This document shows, one piece after another, positions 45,108 to 55,607 of a stretch of 64,000 nt of DNA. A model generated the notes under the pieces. That model was not told the DNA's origin. It saw only the letters and a program-made list of their open reading frames with translations, and made no database searches. Positions within the stretch are counted from its first letter, which is position 1; each line of letters starts with the position of its first letter. Origin of the DNA: an uncultured Candidatus Melainabacteria bacterium. GTDB lineage: Bacteria; Cyanobacteriota; Vampirovibrionia; Obscuribacterales; Obscuribacteraceae. Location: NCBI GenBank assembly GCA_937879965.1, contig CALFMP010000054.1:148909-212908 (forward strand). The letters are read 5' to 3'. The translations under genes were made by a program, and so were the position numbers.

Positions 45108-46384
45108 TGGGTAAACAAATTTTCCGAGGAATATCACTTGTAGTTCCGCTTACGGCCGTGCTTTGCCAACCTTCGGAAGCTCAGGCTGGGAGCCAATCTA
45201 AACCGCAGTTGATAATTCCTTTGGTAACAATTGAAAGAAAGTTTTTTGTCGAGCCCATGGAAGTGAAGCCCAACACCGTTTTGGAGAGTCTAGTCAACAA
45301 AGCTGGACTAGCAAAGGCGGAAGGACGTTTCGAGGAAGCACGACTACTGTATTGCAGTGCACTGAAAGAAGCTGAGAGTTGCAAGGATAAGAGCAAGATT
45401 CACATGCTCCTGTCGTGCCAAATGGCAGACTGCTTGTTTTTGAGCGGAAGGACACAATCTGCAGAAGCACAATATGCTCAATCCTTGGAACTATATCGTG
45501 TCATGCGCGACAAAGGCTCCTCGGAAAATTTTGCACCACATATGGGATTGGGTTATCTGTATTTGCGCGACGGACGGTACAACGACGCAATTGAAGAATT
45601 CAAGCTCGTGCTTTCTCAAACGCTGGACAAGACGACATTTGAAGGCTTAAAAGCGAGAGAGGGATTAGGCATTGCTTACGCGAAACAAGGAAATTTGTCG
45701 CTGGCTCGCCAATGTTTTGAAAAGACGGTGAAAGACATAGAAGAGGAGATGGAGGACGATGAGGATTCCGACTCTTCCGAAAATCTGGATGAGAAGGAAG
45801 GTTATAGAGCAACAAATTTTGCGAACCTCGCGTATTGCGAATATGCAGCCGGTCAAATGGATGAAGCGGACAAACACTACGCAAAGGCAGAGACTTTCAC
45901 AGGAAACAAGGCGCCTACCGAGTGTAAAAGTGCAATTGCGATTCTCGAAAGCCACATAGCCCTATTGGTAAATATGGGGCGCGAAGATGATGCGAAAAAA
46001 CTCGCTGGCAGAGTAAGAGAACTGGAGGCAAGACCCACCTCTTTTGTTAAAGCGTGCTATCCGAACAAAGCAAAGGGACCGGACTTTGGGCCATACATGA
46101 GCAAGCTTCAGAAGAAAATCAAAGCAAAATGGGATCTGCCGGACGAAACATTGCCAAACCGGTTAGTTTTGAAGTTTAAGATCTACCGCGACGGCAGTGT
46201 AAAAAAACTAGCTATTCTCAGGTCATCCGGAACGAAAGAAGCTGACGAAGGCGGAATAAAAGCTATACAGGAGGCAGCCCCTTTCGCGACATTGCCAGAG
46301 GGTTTTAAAGGAAAAGCCATAACCATCCAATTCACCTTCGACTACAACGTTCTTAAACCAAATGCAACCCGACGTCTCTTCTAA
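45107..46384 (+). CDS. Secreted TPR protein with a TonB C-terminal-like domain
   Basis: GTG at 45107 gives a signal peptide (ISLVVPLTAVLCQPSEAQA). TPRs in the middle. The last ~90 aa resemble TonB_C (YMSKLQKKIKAKW...LKFKIYRDGSV...ILRSSG...AIQEAAPFATLP). Confidence 0.65.
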   Translation: MGKQIFRGISLVVPLTAVLCQPSEAQAGSQSKPQLIIPLVTIERKFFVEPMEVKPNTVLESLVNKAGLAKAEGRFEEARLLYCSALKEAESCKDKSKIHMLLSCQMADCLFLSGRTQSAEAQYAQSLELYRVMRDKGSSENFAPHMGLGYLYLRDGRYNDAIEEFKLVLSQTLDKTTFEGLKAREGLGIAYAKQGNLSLARQCFEKTVKDIEEEMEDDEDSDSSENLDEKEGYRATNFANLAYCEYAAGQMDEADKHYAKAETFTGNKAPTECKSAIAILESHIALLVNMGREDDAKKLAGRVRELEARPTSFVKACYPNKAKGPDFGPYMSKLQKKIKAKWDLPDETLPNRLVLKFKIYRDGSVKKLAILRSSGTKEADEGGIKAIQEAAPFATLPEGFKGKAITIQFTFDYNVLKPNATRRLF

Positions 46385-46835
46385 ATTCCTAGTCGGAACC
46401 ACGCTCAAATTGCCTTCCTTTGACGAGGCAAGGAGACATCAGTACAAAAAATTCTGGGAAGAGCGCGGGTTCAAATTCATTCTCACTGACGAGAAAATGC
46501 ATCTCGCGCGGCGGGGTGCGTTCTTCAAAACGTTCTTCTCAATGAGCCCTCAGTACCTTGAGACAAAGCTCACCGCAAGCTGGGTGAACAAAGAACTCGA
46601 ATGCATTATGGAAGTGAATCTGCTTCTCCAGCAGGTGACTGAATGGCATAAAGCATTCCTGGAGCTGGAGATGATCACCTTTGAGAGCTACATGCAGAGC
46701 GACGACAAAAAGCTTTCGCTTTGGCGAGAGTTCGAAGAAGACCTCAAGGACGCTGATACGAAGTACACATGGACCTGCGGACTCTTTGGCAAGAAGATGC
46801 CGGCAGACAAGAAACGCAAGTATCTAGGGCGTTGA
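46362..46835 (+). CDS. Hypothetical protein
   Basis: 157-aa ORF overlapping the upstream stop by 23 nt. Coding-like composition, no family recognised. Confidence 0.45.
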   Translation: MQPDVSSKFLVGTTLKLPSFDEARRHQYKKFWEERGFKFILTDEKMHLARRGAFFKTFFSMSPQYLETKLTASWVNKELECIMEVNLLLQQVTEWHKAFLELEMITFESYMQSDDKKLSLWREFEEDLKDADTKYTWTCGLFGKKMPADKKRKYLGR

Positions 46836-47067
46836 GGTCAATGCAATTATAGATGTGATTAGGGCGTCAACCAACCCTGCCGCAGTGAACCGCTGCCGCT
46901 TTCGCATGCTGGGCGGAACTTTTGGGCGGCAGACCAGTCAAGTGTGAGTACTCATCACCTGTACAGGGGAGTGAATAAACCACACTTTGGGAGAATTACC
47001 CGAAACGCATGCACCCTCTAAGATCGAAATGGAGGGCGTTCCCTTGCTAACAACCAGAACCGCCGAC

Positions 47068-48186
47068 ATGTCCAGAACCACGCAGCGCATTCGATTGCTC
47101 TTAATCGAAGACAACCCTGATGACGTGACCTTTATTGAGGAAGTGCTTAAACTTCAGGACACATATTCCGGAATTGATATCGCATGCGCAGCCAAATTAC
47201 GAGATGGACTAGCCTTCCTCGCACAGGAGAGCTTCGACGTGGTGCTGCTCGACTTGAGCCTTCCCGATGCATCGTCGACCAATAGCGTAACGCGTGTGCT
47301 TTCTCTTGCCCCCCAAGCGCCCATTATTGTACTGACGGGATTGGATGATAGAGACACAGCACTCGATGCGCTGCAAAAAGGCGCGCAAGACTACTTGATC
47401 AAAGACAGCGTATCCGGCGACCTGCTAATCCGCGCAATAAGATATGCAGTTGAGCGACGGCGTGCCGAACGAAGGGCACGAGTGAGTGCGGCGGAAGAGC
47501 GCGAAGACTTGATTTTCACTCTGGCAAATGATCTGCGCGTGCCGCATATCGGAGCGATGAGAGCATTCGATTTGCTCGTGGCTGAGACACTTGGACCACT
47601 GAATGATGATCAGAAGGATCTGCTCCTGAAAGTAAAACAGAGCAATCACGAGATTCTGCACATGCTGCAAAATCTTGTCCATTTATACCGCATTGAGCAG
47701 AACGGGCAAAAGATCCTCGCGTCACCAACTGATTTGAATGGACTCATCAAGCAAGCGATGGATGACTGGGCTTATTGCGCCAAGCAGAGCAACATAGAAG
47801 TAAAACTCGAATCAGAGCTAACTGAACCGATTTGGCTGGACGGCACGATGTTCAAAAAAGCGATCAGTAACCTCATCCACAACGCGATCAAATTCTCCTA
47901 TGTCAATGGAGTTGTCACCTTATCCTGCAAGAGTGAAGGGAATTGGCTCTACTTGCGGGTTATGGATAGTGGCAAAGGTATCACGGTCAGCGAGCAAGAA
48001 AGACTCTTTCAAAGATTTTGGAACGACAATGACACCATGCGGCATTCAAACGGCAGTGGCGTCGGCTTGTATGTCTGCAAACAAATCGTGGAAGCGCACG
48101 GAGGTGAAATCAGCTGCTCGAGCGAAGAAGGAAAGGGAACAACCGTCACAATTCGCATGCTGAAGGCGGGACAAGCAAGCTCCTGA
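47068..48186 (+). CDS. Hybrid receiver-histidine kinase (REC, HisKA-like, HATPase_c)
   Basis: Receiver motifs LLLIEDNPDD, VLLDLSLPD, VLTGLDD. Kinase N-box LIHNAIKFS, G-boxes MDSGKGI and GSGVGLYVCK. Start uncertain (46987 TTG, 47029 ATG or 47068 ATG). Confidence 0.85.
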   Translation: MSRTTQRIRLLLIEDNPDDVTFIEEVLKLQDTYSGIDIACAAKLRDGLAFLAQESFDVVLLDLSLPDASSTNSVTRVLSLAPQAPIIVLTGLDDRDTALDALQKGAQDYLIKDSVSGDLLIRAIRYAVERRRAERRARVSAAEEREDLIFTLANDLRVPHIGAMRAFDLLVAETLGPLNDDQKDLLLKVKQSNHEILHMLQNLVHLYRIEQNGQKILASPTDLNGLIKQAMDDWAYCAKQSNIEVKLESELTEPIWLDGTMFKKAISNLIHNAIKFSYVNGVVTLSCKSEGNWLYLRVMDSGKGITVSEQERLFQRFWNDNDTMRHSNGSGVGLYVCKQIVEAHGGEISCSSEEGKGTTVTIRMLKAGQASS

Positions 48187-48188
48187 TC

Positions 48189-49985
48189 TCAGTTTCCCGA
48201 CTTCTGCACCGCATCCAAAAGTTTGAGAGCGGAGTCAGTAAGCGGCTCAATTTCCAGAGCCCTCCTTGCTGACTCACTAGCACGTTCATTTTCATTCATT
48301 GAATGAAACAGCCAACCGGACTCGGCAAATAAGAGGGCGTCGCCGTCAGCCAATTGCATCGCGCGTTCAACAGCTCTTTGCGCTTTTTTGTTGTCGCCAT
48401 TCAAGTGTGAAATATTTGCCTGCAAAAGATTAGCCCACGGATCATCAGCAGCGAAGGCCAAAAGCCGCTCAACATAACCTGTCGCTTCGCCAGCATTCTT
48501 TCTGGCGACGCTTATGCGGGCGAGTTGAATCAATATGTCTCTGCTGTCACCGGCACGCCGCTGCGCTTCTAACGCGGTGTTACGCGCCGATTTCAAATCC
48601 CCAAGGTTGAGCAATGCATCTGATTTGGCGAGCAACCATAACGTCCGATTGAATTCACTCTCGTTGAAATGCTTCGCGAAAGTATCAAGCTTTTTCAGCC
48701 CATCTCTAGGCTTCCCTGAACGAATCAAACCTTCTGCCAGTATGCATTGTGCTGTATAAACGGGACGCTTCTCCTTTTCCTCTTTCGAAATGACACTGGT
48801 CGCATCTGACATTGCCGATTTGAGATTGCCGGTGCGAAGGAAGTAATCAGCACGGTTCACCAATGCATGCGAATTCAAAGGTGCAAGCAATAGAGCAGAA
48901 TTGATGAGCTTTTCTGCCTTTGCGTACTCGCCTTTTTGCAGGTGCAAGTAAGATATTGAAATCATTGGTTCAACGAAATCCGGCTTCAGTCCAATAGCCT
49001 TTTCCCAATGTGCAAGAGCTTGTTTAAACTCCCCACGGCGGAATTCCATATTTGCCAGGTTATTGAACGGTGCATAGAACCAAGGATCGATTTCCGTAGC
49101 GAGGCGGTAAAGACGCTCGGCTTCGGCAAGGTTATTCGCAGCCAGCGCATGGTTGCCCGAATTGTAGACATAGTTGACGGCAGCTTTTCGACCAAGGAGA
49201 CCAACCAATCCTATGGCGATCAAAATGGTTACAAGTATCTGCTGGTAGCGAAGTGCCTTATAAGTTGTCTTTAGCGGCGGTTGCGTTTGCGGAAACGCAA
49301 AAATGCCATTGATAGAATCAGGCGCCAAATCAAACTTTCGAGAGATAATCGAATGCACCATACTCTCGAAAACTTCCGGCTTAAAGAAAAACGATGGCAC
49401 CGGTTGCGGTACCAGAATCTTTCTAAAAATCTTCTTGTCGGACAAGAACTTGGAGTAGAGCGTCAGTTTTCGCGCTGTGGTGTCCAGGGAAAAAAGTTTG
49501 GAAAAAACGACCTGAGGCTCTACGGCTATTGCTTCGAGTTTGTCCCAGGGGATGGGCTTTGCCAATCGCCAAAGTTTCACTCCGTAAGGTCCGACAGAGA
49601 CGCCCCGGACGATAAGGCGCACGGCTTGCAGAATGCCGAGAAACCCGACAAACCAAAGTACAGCAGCCGATATCCAAACACCGATCAGTCGCAATAACCA
49701 ACCAAGCGGCGATGTTGCTCCCGGGATGAGCGCCACCGCATCCGGTATCGCCAGAAGAGAGGCAATCAAAACTGAACTGCCCTGGGCGAGTTTCGCCAAA
49801 CATTGTGAGTCAATTGCAAAAAGCTCTTCCGCACGCCCTTGTCGCGCGGTCGACGAAGCATCGTCTTCGTTCGATTGCTTATGTACTCCGAATTTGTTGT
49901 CCGTATTATCAGACTGACTGCCGGCTCCCGCTCCTTGCCGCGTTTTGTCGTCTCCGGTTTCTTTCGCGTGACGATCGGTTTCCAT
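48189..49985 (-). CDS. Membrane protein with a C-terminal TPR array
   Basis: 598 aa. Charged N-terminus, 3-4 TM helices, then about 8 TPRs (LANMEFRRGEFKQALAHWEKAIGLKPD and similar). Confidence 0.7.
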   Translation of the reverse strand: METDRHAKETGDDKTRQGAGAGSQSDNTDNKFGVHKQSNEDDASSTARQGRAEELFAIDSQCLAKLAQGSSVLIASLLAIPDAVALIPGATSPLGWLLRLIGVWISAAVLWFVGFLGILQAVRLIVRGVSVGPYGVKLWRLAKPIPWDKLEAIAVEPQVVFSKLFSLDTTARKLTLYSKFLSDKKIFRKILVPQPVPSFFFKPEVFESMVHSIISRKFDLAPDSINGIFAFPQTQPPLKTTYKALRYQQILVTILIAIGLVGLLGRKAAVNYVYNSGNHALAANNLAEAERLYRLATEIDPWFYAPFNNLANMEFRRGEFKQALAHWEKAIGLKPDFVEPMISISYLHLQKGEYAKAEKLINSALLLAPLNSHALVNRADYFLRTGNLKSAMSDATSVISKEEKEKRPVYTAQCILAEGLIRSGKPRDGLKKLDTFAKHFNESEFNRTLWLLAKSDALLNLGDLKSARNTALEAQRRAGDSRDILIQLARISVARKNAGEATGYVERLLAFAADDPWANLLQANISHLNGDNKKAQRAVERAMQLADGDALLFAESGWLFHSMNENERASESARRALEIEPLTDSALKLLDAVQKSGN

Positions 49986-50323
49986 AAGAGCGATTTGTTC
50001 TTAAATCGGGGAATGTAATTTGGGGGGTCATGGAACTGTTTGGTCTTGACTGCGGGTTACCAAACCGTACCGCTTGAAAACCTGTATCAGTATACGTAGA
50101 TTACAAATTTCCACATACTGATAACTAACCCCTTTCCTGAACATTAAACACCTGCTAGATTCGTTAAGCAATTAATGGCGAGGCGGTCGAAGGACTTGCG
50201 TCAGATAACTCGCAATTTTCTGATCTGGACCCCAAAAAGGTTGCTCTGTCAGGCTTATTACGATTCACAAGCGTCAGACAAATAGATTAGAATAAAGCAG
50301 AATTGAACGGAGGTTAAGGAAAC

Positions 50324-51025
50324 GTGGCAGTAGGCAGCGAGGTTAGTTCGTTGAAAATCCTCATCATTGAAGATGATGTGAATATCGCTCGATTGATCGA
50401 ACTCGAGCTTGGCTACGAAGGTTATCAAGTCTCCGTAGCTCACGAAGGCAATCAGGGCATCGACCTCTTCAAGAAGGATCAGCCGGACCTGGTACTGCTG
50501 GACGTTATGCTCCCCGGTCTCGACGGCATCGAAGTGTGCAAGAGACTGAGAGCGATGTCGAAAGTGCCGGTCATCATGCTCACGGCAAAAGACGGCGTCG
50601 GAGACCGCGTACAAGGTCTGGACAGCGGCGCTGATGACTACTTGACCAAGCCTTTCGCGACAGAAGAATTGCTTGCTCGTATCAGAGCAGTCATGAGACG
50701 GAAGCCGCAAGAAGGCATCCTTACTTATTCAGATTTGTGGATGGACCAGCTCAACCGTATCGTCAAGCGCGGCGAAAAGCAGCTTGACCTGAGAGCTAAA
50801 GAGTTCGACCTGCTCAGACTCTTCATGCAATACCCAGAGCAAGTTCTCTCCAGAGAATTCATTTTCGACAAGGTTTGGGGATACGACTTCATCGGCGAAT
50901 CAAACGTCATCGAAGTGTACATCCGTTATCTCCGCTCCAAGCTGGAAGATGGCAACACCAAGCGCCTCATTCAAACAGTACGCGGCGAAGGCTACGTATT
51001 GCGCGAAGAAGAGCCTTCCAGATAG
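50324..51025 (+). CDS. OmpR/PhoB-family response regulator
   Basis: GTG start after GGAGGTTAAGGAAAC. Receiver (ILIIEDD, VLLDVMLPGLDG, MLTAKD) plus a winged-helix output (LTYSDLWMD...EFDLL...VRGEGYVL). Confidence 0.92.
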   Translation: MAVGSEVSSLKILIIEDDVNIARLIELELGYEGYQVSVAHEGNQGIDLFKKDQPDLVLLDVMLPGLDGIEVCKRLRAMSKVPVIMLTAKDGVGDRVQGLDSGADDYLTKPFATEELLARIRAVMRRKPQEGILTYSDLWMDQLNRIVKRGEKQLDLRAKEFDLLRLFMQYPEQVLSREFIFDKVWGYDFIGESNVIEVYIRYLRSKLEDGNTKRLIQTVRGEGYVLREEEPSR

Positions 51026-51072
51026 AAGCACTTTAGGTCCGATGCCCTGCATCGCCCGAGCGAAAACTTGAT

Positions 51073-51104
51073 AAAGGCGGCGCCGAAGCGTCGCCTTTCT
51101 TTTT
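51073..51104 (+). terminator. Intrinsic terminator downstream of the OmpR-family regulator
   Basis: AAAGGCGGCGC-CGAA-GCGTCGCCTTT (11-bp stem with one G-U) followed by CTTTTT. Confidence 0.7.
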
Positions 51105-51176
51105 GATTGTGTTGCCGAGTACAAGGCTTCAAGGGGAACGCGCGCAGAACTTTGTATAAAGGCGGCAATCAAAACC

Positions 51177-51240
51177 GGGCGATACATGGCATCGCCTCTA
51201 CAACACCCTATCAAACGGGACGATGAATGGCATCGCCCCA
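51177..51240. repeat. REP-like hairpins (degenerate GGCGATxCATGGCATCGCC subtype)
   Basis: GGGCGATACATGGCATCGCCTCTACA and GGGACGATGAATGGCATCGCCCC. Lies between convergent genes. Confidence 0.7.
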
Positions 51241-51246
51241 AATCCT

Positions 51247-51774
51247 TCAACGAAGCCGGTCTTGCTGCTGCTGAATGATCAGCTTCAAGCGAGTCTGAAC
51301 GTCTGGAGCCAGCATCTGAAGCGTCTTCAGCGCACGGCAACGAATATACGGATTGTCGTCTTGGCTAAGCTCAACCAGAATGTCCTCGGGCATGTGCGGG
51401 TTTTCAGCAACCCCATAACGCACATCCATATCTTCATCGGCAGAAAGCACACAAAGAATCTCTTGCGGCGTGTGGACGTTTTCAGCCACAGCCAGGCGAA
51501 CGTCTGTCTCCCTGTCTTCTGCAAGCCTGCGCAAAGTGTCGACAGGAGTCTTAGGATTGAGCGCGACATGACGCCGGATCACTGCAGACTCCTCACCAGC
51601 TAAACGCTCCAGTACTTGCTGTGGCGTATTTGGGTTGCTGGCAACCACGCGGCGCACGTGCAACGCATCAAATTCAGAGGTTTTGAAAACAGGATGCGTC
51701 CTGACATTACTTTCGGACTCTTTTACATTCGAGGTTCCGGCGTCTCCAGATTCCATTTGCTTCGTTTTTGCCAT
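51247..51774 (-). CDS. Leucine-rich-repeat-variant / HEAT-like repeat protein
   Basis: ATG at 51774 preceded by GGAGG. Five to six ~24-aa repeats of the type VRRxVAxNPxTPxxxLxxLAxD. Confidence 0.6.
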   Translation of the reverse strand: MAKTKQMESGDAGTSNVKESESNVRTHPVFKTSEFDALHVRRVVASNPNTPQQVLERLAGEESAVIRRHVALNPKTPVDTLRRLAEDRETDVRLAVAENVHTPQEILCVLSADEDMDVRYGVAENPHMPEDILVELSQDDNPYIRCRALKTLQMLAPDVQTRLKLIIQQQQDRLR

Positions 51775-52145
51775 ATCCGGCACCTCCGGAAACTATGAAT
51801 CTGAGCTGTCAGGCAGCTCTCCCACAAAGATGTTTCCTTTAATGGATGTACCCATAGTGAGGAGGTCAATACCAAAAGGGCGGATTGTAAAGCAATCGGG
51901 TCCGCGTCCCGTCTGCATTTGAGTGCGATTTATTACGAAAATCGGGTTACCCCGAGAACACTTATCAGGAAAACAGCATTTTCAGTGGGCAAAACCGCAT
52001 GAAAATCCTCAAAATTGCCAAGAAGTGGCGCCTATAGACCTTGCAATTGTCAAGAGTGTAAAGTTATGATAACGCAGGATGATTTACATCTAACCAACGC
52101 TTCGGCGTTTCTGAATTTGCGCCACATCTCTGCTCAGGTAACCGA

Positions 52146-52430
52146 ATGACAGCGACGACACTAACTCACTCAATGACGACTTCTGTCCCTCAAAGACAGC
52201 AGCCTCACTATTTCGAAGAAATCCTGACTCAGTCAGGAGGCTCGCAGTGGACATTGTCACTGCCGGCTCCACTAAAAGCACACCAGCATGAATTGGAATC
52301 CTTATTGACCAAAGTGTTCCGCGGACGTTGCTCGCCGGAAAATCTTCCACTTGCGCAGCAGCTTTCACTCAATTGGTGCATGTCGAAGTGTCGGCAAGCC
52401 GGGCTTTCGTTCGACGACTGCATTCGCTAA
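52146..52430 (+). CDS. Hypothetical small protein
   Basis: 94-aa ORF with no family recognised. Coding status uncertain. Confidence 0.3.
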   Translation: MTATTLTHSMTTSVPQRQQPHYFEEILTQSGGSQWTLSLPAPLKAHQHELESLLTKVFRGRCSPENLPLAQQLSLNWCMSKCRQAGLSFDDCIR

Positions 52431-52601
52431 TGTCAGTCCACTGTTCCCAGTTAAATCTGCAATTTGAAACGCGCTGAAGATCAGCGTTTCATTGCTGTGC
52501 AATCGCAAGAATGAGCATCGAAGTAGAGCGGCGTTTTACGTCGCTCTTTTTGTTTGAACCAGTTCAGCAGAATGAAAGGAAGTAGCACCTGAACGGAAAA
52601 A

Positions 52602-52712
52602 GGGCGCATGCAATGCGCCCCCACGGGTGCTTCGTAGAGAATAGGGCGCATGCAATGCGCCCCCACCGGTGCTTCGTAGAGAAAAGGGCGACGCATGGCG
52701 TCGCCCCTACAG
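52602..52712. repeat. REP-like array (2 copies of a 42-nt unit plus one terminal hairpin)
   Basis: GGGCGCATGCAATGCGCCCCCAC(G/C)GGTGCTTCGTAGAGA repeated at 52602 and 52644, then GGGCGACGCATGGCGTCGCCCCTACAG. Directly downstream of gyrA. Confidence 0.85.
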
Positions 52713-52721
52713 TTTTTGGAA

Positions 52722-55250
52722 CTAGGCGCTTTCGCCGTTTTCCGCTTCGATACCGACTGGCTCGACAATCGGGCTGACCGAAACGACCGAGTCGTCTTCA
52801 CCCAACTGCTGAATGCGAACACCGGTAGCCATGCGGCCTTGTGAGCTGATCTCATCGACCGACTGGCGAACGACTATGCCGTTTGCCGTAGCGATAACGA
52901 TTTGCTCGCCATCGGCAGTGACACGAAGCGCAGCCAATCTGGATTGAGCATTCTTGAACTTGGTAGCGATGAGACCGATGCCGCCGCGTCCTTGTTGTCT
53001 GAATTCGTCCAGTTTGACGCGCTTGCCGAAGCCGTCGTTGGTGATGACCAAGACATAGGCGTCGTCTCCGCCTTCGGTGACGTCAAATCCAACGATCTTG
53101 TCGCCTTCTCTGAGAGTGATTGCTCGCACACCGCGGGCGGTGCGGCCCATTGGGCGCAATTCGTCTTCGGAATAGCGAATGCACATACCGTCGCCGGTTC
53201 CAATAATGACATCGGACTTGCCACCGGAAGGTCTGACCCAACCAAGTTGATCGCCTTCGCCAAGCGTAATAGCGATGATGCCGGAACGACGAATATTCGA
53301 GAAATCGGACATCTGGACTTTCTTGATGTAAGCCAAACGTGTAACCATGACCAGATATGAGTCTTCTCTGAATTCCGAAACAGGGATGACGGCCGTCACT
53401 GTTTCATCCTGTCCAATCGGCAACAGGTTGACGAGAGCCAGTCCGCGAGCAGTTCTTCCACCTTCCGGAAGATCCATGACCTCAAGCGAGTAGACCTGCC
53501 CACCAGATGTAAATACGAGCAAGCGATCGTGCATATTGGCGGTGAAGAAGTGTTGGAGGTCGTCCTCTTCCCTCGTCTTCATGCCGGTTACGCCACGCGT
53601 ATTGCGCTTTTGCCGCTTGAACGAATCGAGCGGGATGCGCTTGACGTAGTTTTGCTGAGTAATGAAAACAGCCATCGGCTCATTAGGAATCAAGTCTTTG
53701 TTGCTCAATTCCGTAGCGCCCGAAGCTTCGATGCGAGTGCGGCGCTCGTCGCCGTACTTGTTCTTAATTTCGGTGAGCTCTTCTTTGATGATTACGAGCA
53801 CTTTCTCGCGGCTGCCGAGAATAGCTTTGTATTCGGCAATTTGCTTTTGAATCTTCTCGTATTCTTCCTGGATCTTGCCGCGTTCCAATCCTACCAATCT
53901 GCGCAATTGCATTTCGAGGATGGCGTTGGCTTGGTCTTCGTCCAGGGAGAACGACTTCATCAAGGCTTGGCGCGCTTCTTCGGTAGACTCGGCACCACGA
54001 ATAATCTTGATGACCTTGTCGATATTTTCGAGAGCCTTGAGATAGCCTTCGAGGATGTGCGCTCTTGCTTGCGCTTTCTTGAGTTGATACTCAGTGCGTC
54101 TGGTGATGACCTCGATTCGGTGGTCGATGAATTCTTGAAGAATGTTCGCCAAGGACAAAGTCATCGGTCTGAATTGATCAGACGCTCCAGCTTTTTTGTT
54201 TCTTACAAGCGCAAGCGTGTTCACCGGGAATGATTGTTGGAGCTGGGTGAACTTATAAAGGTTATTGAGTACGACATCCGGGTGCGCGTCGCGTTTCAAC
54301 TCGATAACCACGCGGATTCCGTGGCGGTTTGTTTCATCGCAGACATCACTGATGCCGGTAAGTTTTTCGTCGCGAACCATATCAGCTACGCGCTTGGCGA
54401 ATGCTTCCGGACCGACGGTGTACGGTAATGAAGTAACGACAATGCCCATGCGCTGCTGTCTTCCGCCAGAGCCGGGGATTTGTTCGATTGTTGCTTCACC
54501 GCGTACTGGGATTGAGCCCTTACCGGTTTCGAATGCTTCTTCAATTCCTTCAGTGCCCATGATGACACCGCCCGACGGGAAGTCAGGTCCCTTAATCCAC
54601 TGCATGAGCTCTTTGGAAGTGAGCTCCGGATTGTCGATTTTGGCAATCGTGCCTTCCAAAACTTCAGTAAGGTTGTGAGGCGGAATGTTGGTAGCCATGC
54701 CCACGGCGATACCGGTAGAACCGTTGAGCAGCAGCATTGGCACTTTCGACGGAAGAACGATAGGTTCTTTCCTGGTGTCGTCGAAGTTGGCGCGCATGTC
54801 GACGGTTTCGGCATCGATATCGGCAAGCATTTCCATCGAGATACGAGCCAATCTGGCTTCTGTATATCGCATTGCCGCAGCGGGGTTATCGAGGTCGCCG
54901 AAGTTGCCATGTCCGTCTACCAACACGTATCGGCTGGAGCCGGGCTGCGCCATACGGACCAAAGATTCATAGATTGCTGAGTCGCCGTGCGGGTGATAAT
55001 TACCCATCACATATCCAACGGTCTTAGCGGACTTCTGGTAGCGCTGAGTGGGATCCAGACCGCTTTCGTACATACCGTAAATAATGCGTCTGTGAACGGG
55101 CTTCAAGCCGTCGCGCACATCGGGAATGGCTCGGCTGACGATTACCGACATCGCATAATCGATAAACGACTTGCGCATCTCGTCGCGAACTTCAATGGGA
55201 ACGATTCTTTCTCCAGATCCGCCGCCTGAAGGATTGGTCGGTTCAGCCAC
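52722..55250 (-). CDS. gyrA: DNA gyrase subunit A
   Basis: Motifs [16 protein letters not shown], the active-site region [10 protein letters not shown], and the C-terminal beta-pinwheel repeats. GTG at 55250 (AGGGAG 9 nt upstream) preferred over TTG at 55256. Confidence 0.97.
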   Translation of the reverse strand: MAEPTNPSGGGSGERIVPIEVRDEMRKSFIDYAMSVIVSRAIPDVRDGLKPVHRRIIYGMYESGLDPTQRYQKSAKTVGYVMGNYHPHGDSAIYESLVRMAQPGSSRYVLVDGHGNFGDLDNPAAAMRYTEARLARISMEMLADIDAETVDMRANFDDTRKEPIVLPSKVPMLLLNGSTGIAVGMATNIPPHNLTEVLEGTIAKIDNPELTSKELMQWIKGPDFPSGGVIMGTEGIEEAFETGKGSIPVRGEATIEQIPGSGGRQQRMGIVVTSLPYTVGPEAFAKRVADMVRDEKLTGISDVCDETNRHGIRVVIELKRDAHPDVVLNNLYKFTQLQQSFPVNTLALVRNKKAGASDQFRPMTLSLANILQEFIDHRIEVITRRTEYQLKKAQARAHILEGYLKALENIDKVIKIIRGAESTEEARQALMKSFSLDEDQANAILEMQLRRLVGLERGKIQEEYEKIQKQIAEYKAILGSREKVLVIIKEELTEIKNKYGDERRTRIEASGATELSNKDLIPNEPMAVFITQQNYVKRIPLDSFKRQKRNTRGVTGMKTREEDDLQHFFTANMHDRLLVFTSGGQVYSLEVMDLPEGGRTARGLALVNLLPIGQDETVTAVIPVSEFREDSYLVMVTRLAYIKKVQMSDFSNIRRSGIIAITLGEGDQLGWVRPSGGKSDVIIGTGDGMCIRYSEDELRPMGRTARGVRAITLREGDKIVGFDVTEGGDDAYVLVITNDGFGKRVKLDEFRQQGRGGIGLIATKFKNAQSRLAALRVTADGEQIVIATANGIVVRQSVDEISSQGRMATGVRIQQLGEDDSVVSVSPIVEPVGIEAENGESA

Positions 55251-55607
55251 CTGCAATTACTCCCTGATATCGTCGTCGTATATGTGATTCCGCATTCGCA
55301 GCAAATTTGCGAAGTTTGCCTGGAACTCGCCTTTCATGCGCGTTTGACGACGCTTGAACAACGCGCACACTTGTCCCGAAACATAACACCGGTAAGTATA
55401 ACATGCAGGTTTATTCAAGTCCCAGAGCGGCTTTCGCTTAATTCAAAGCAAGGTGGAAAGCGTAGAAATTCTTAACGAAACTTCCTATATATCCCACTTG
55501 GCACCCGCATATTTACATGTATGAATTACGATGATTCGGGATCTCGAATCCTTACATGTAGTTTCACCATAGGTTTTCTCATCATGACTCAAGGGAGCCT
55601 CGTAAAA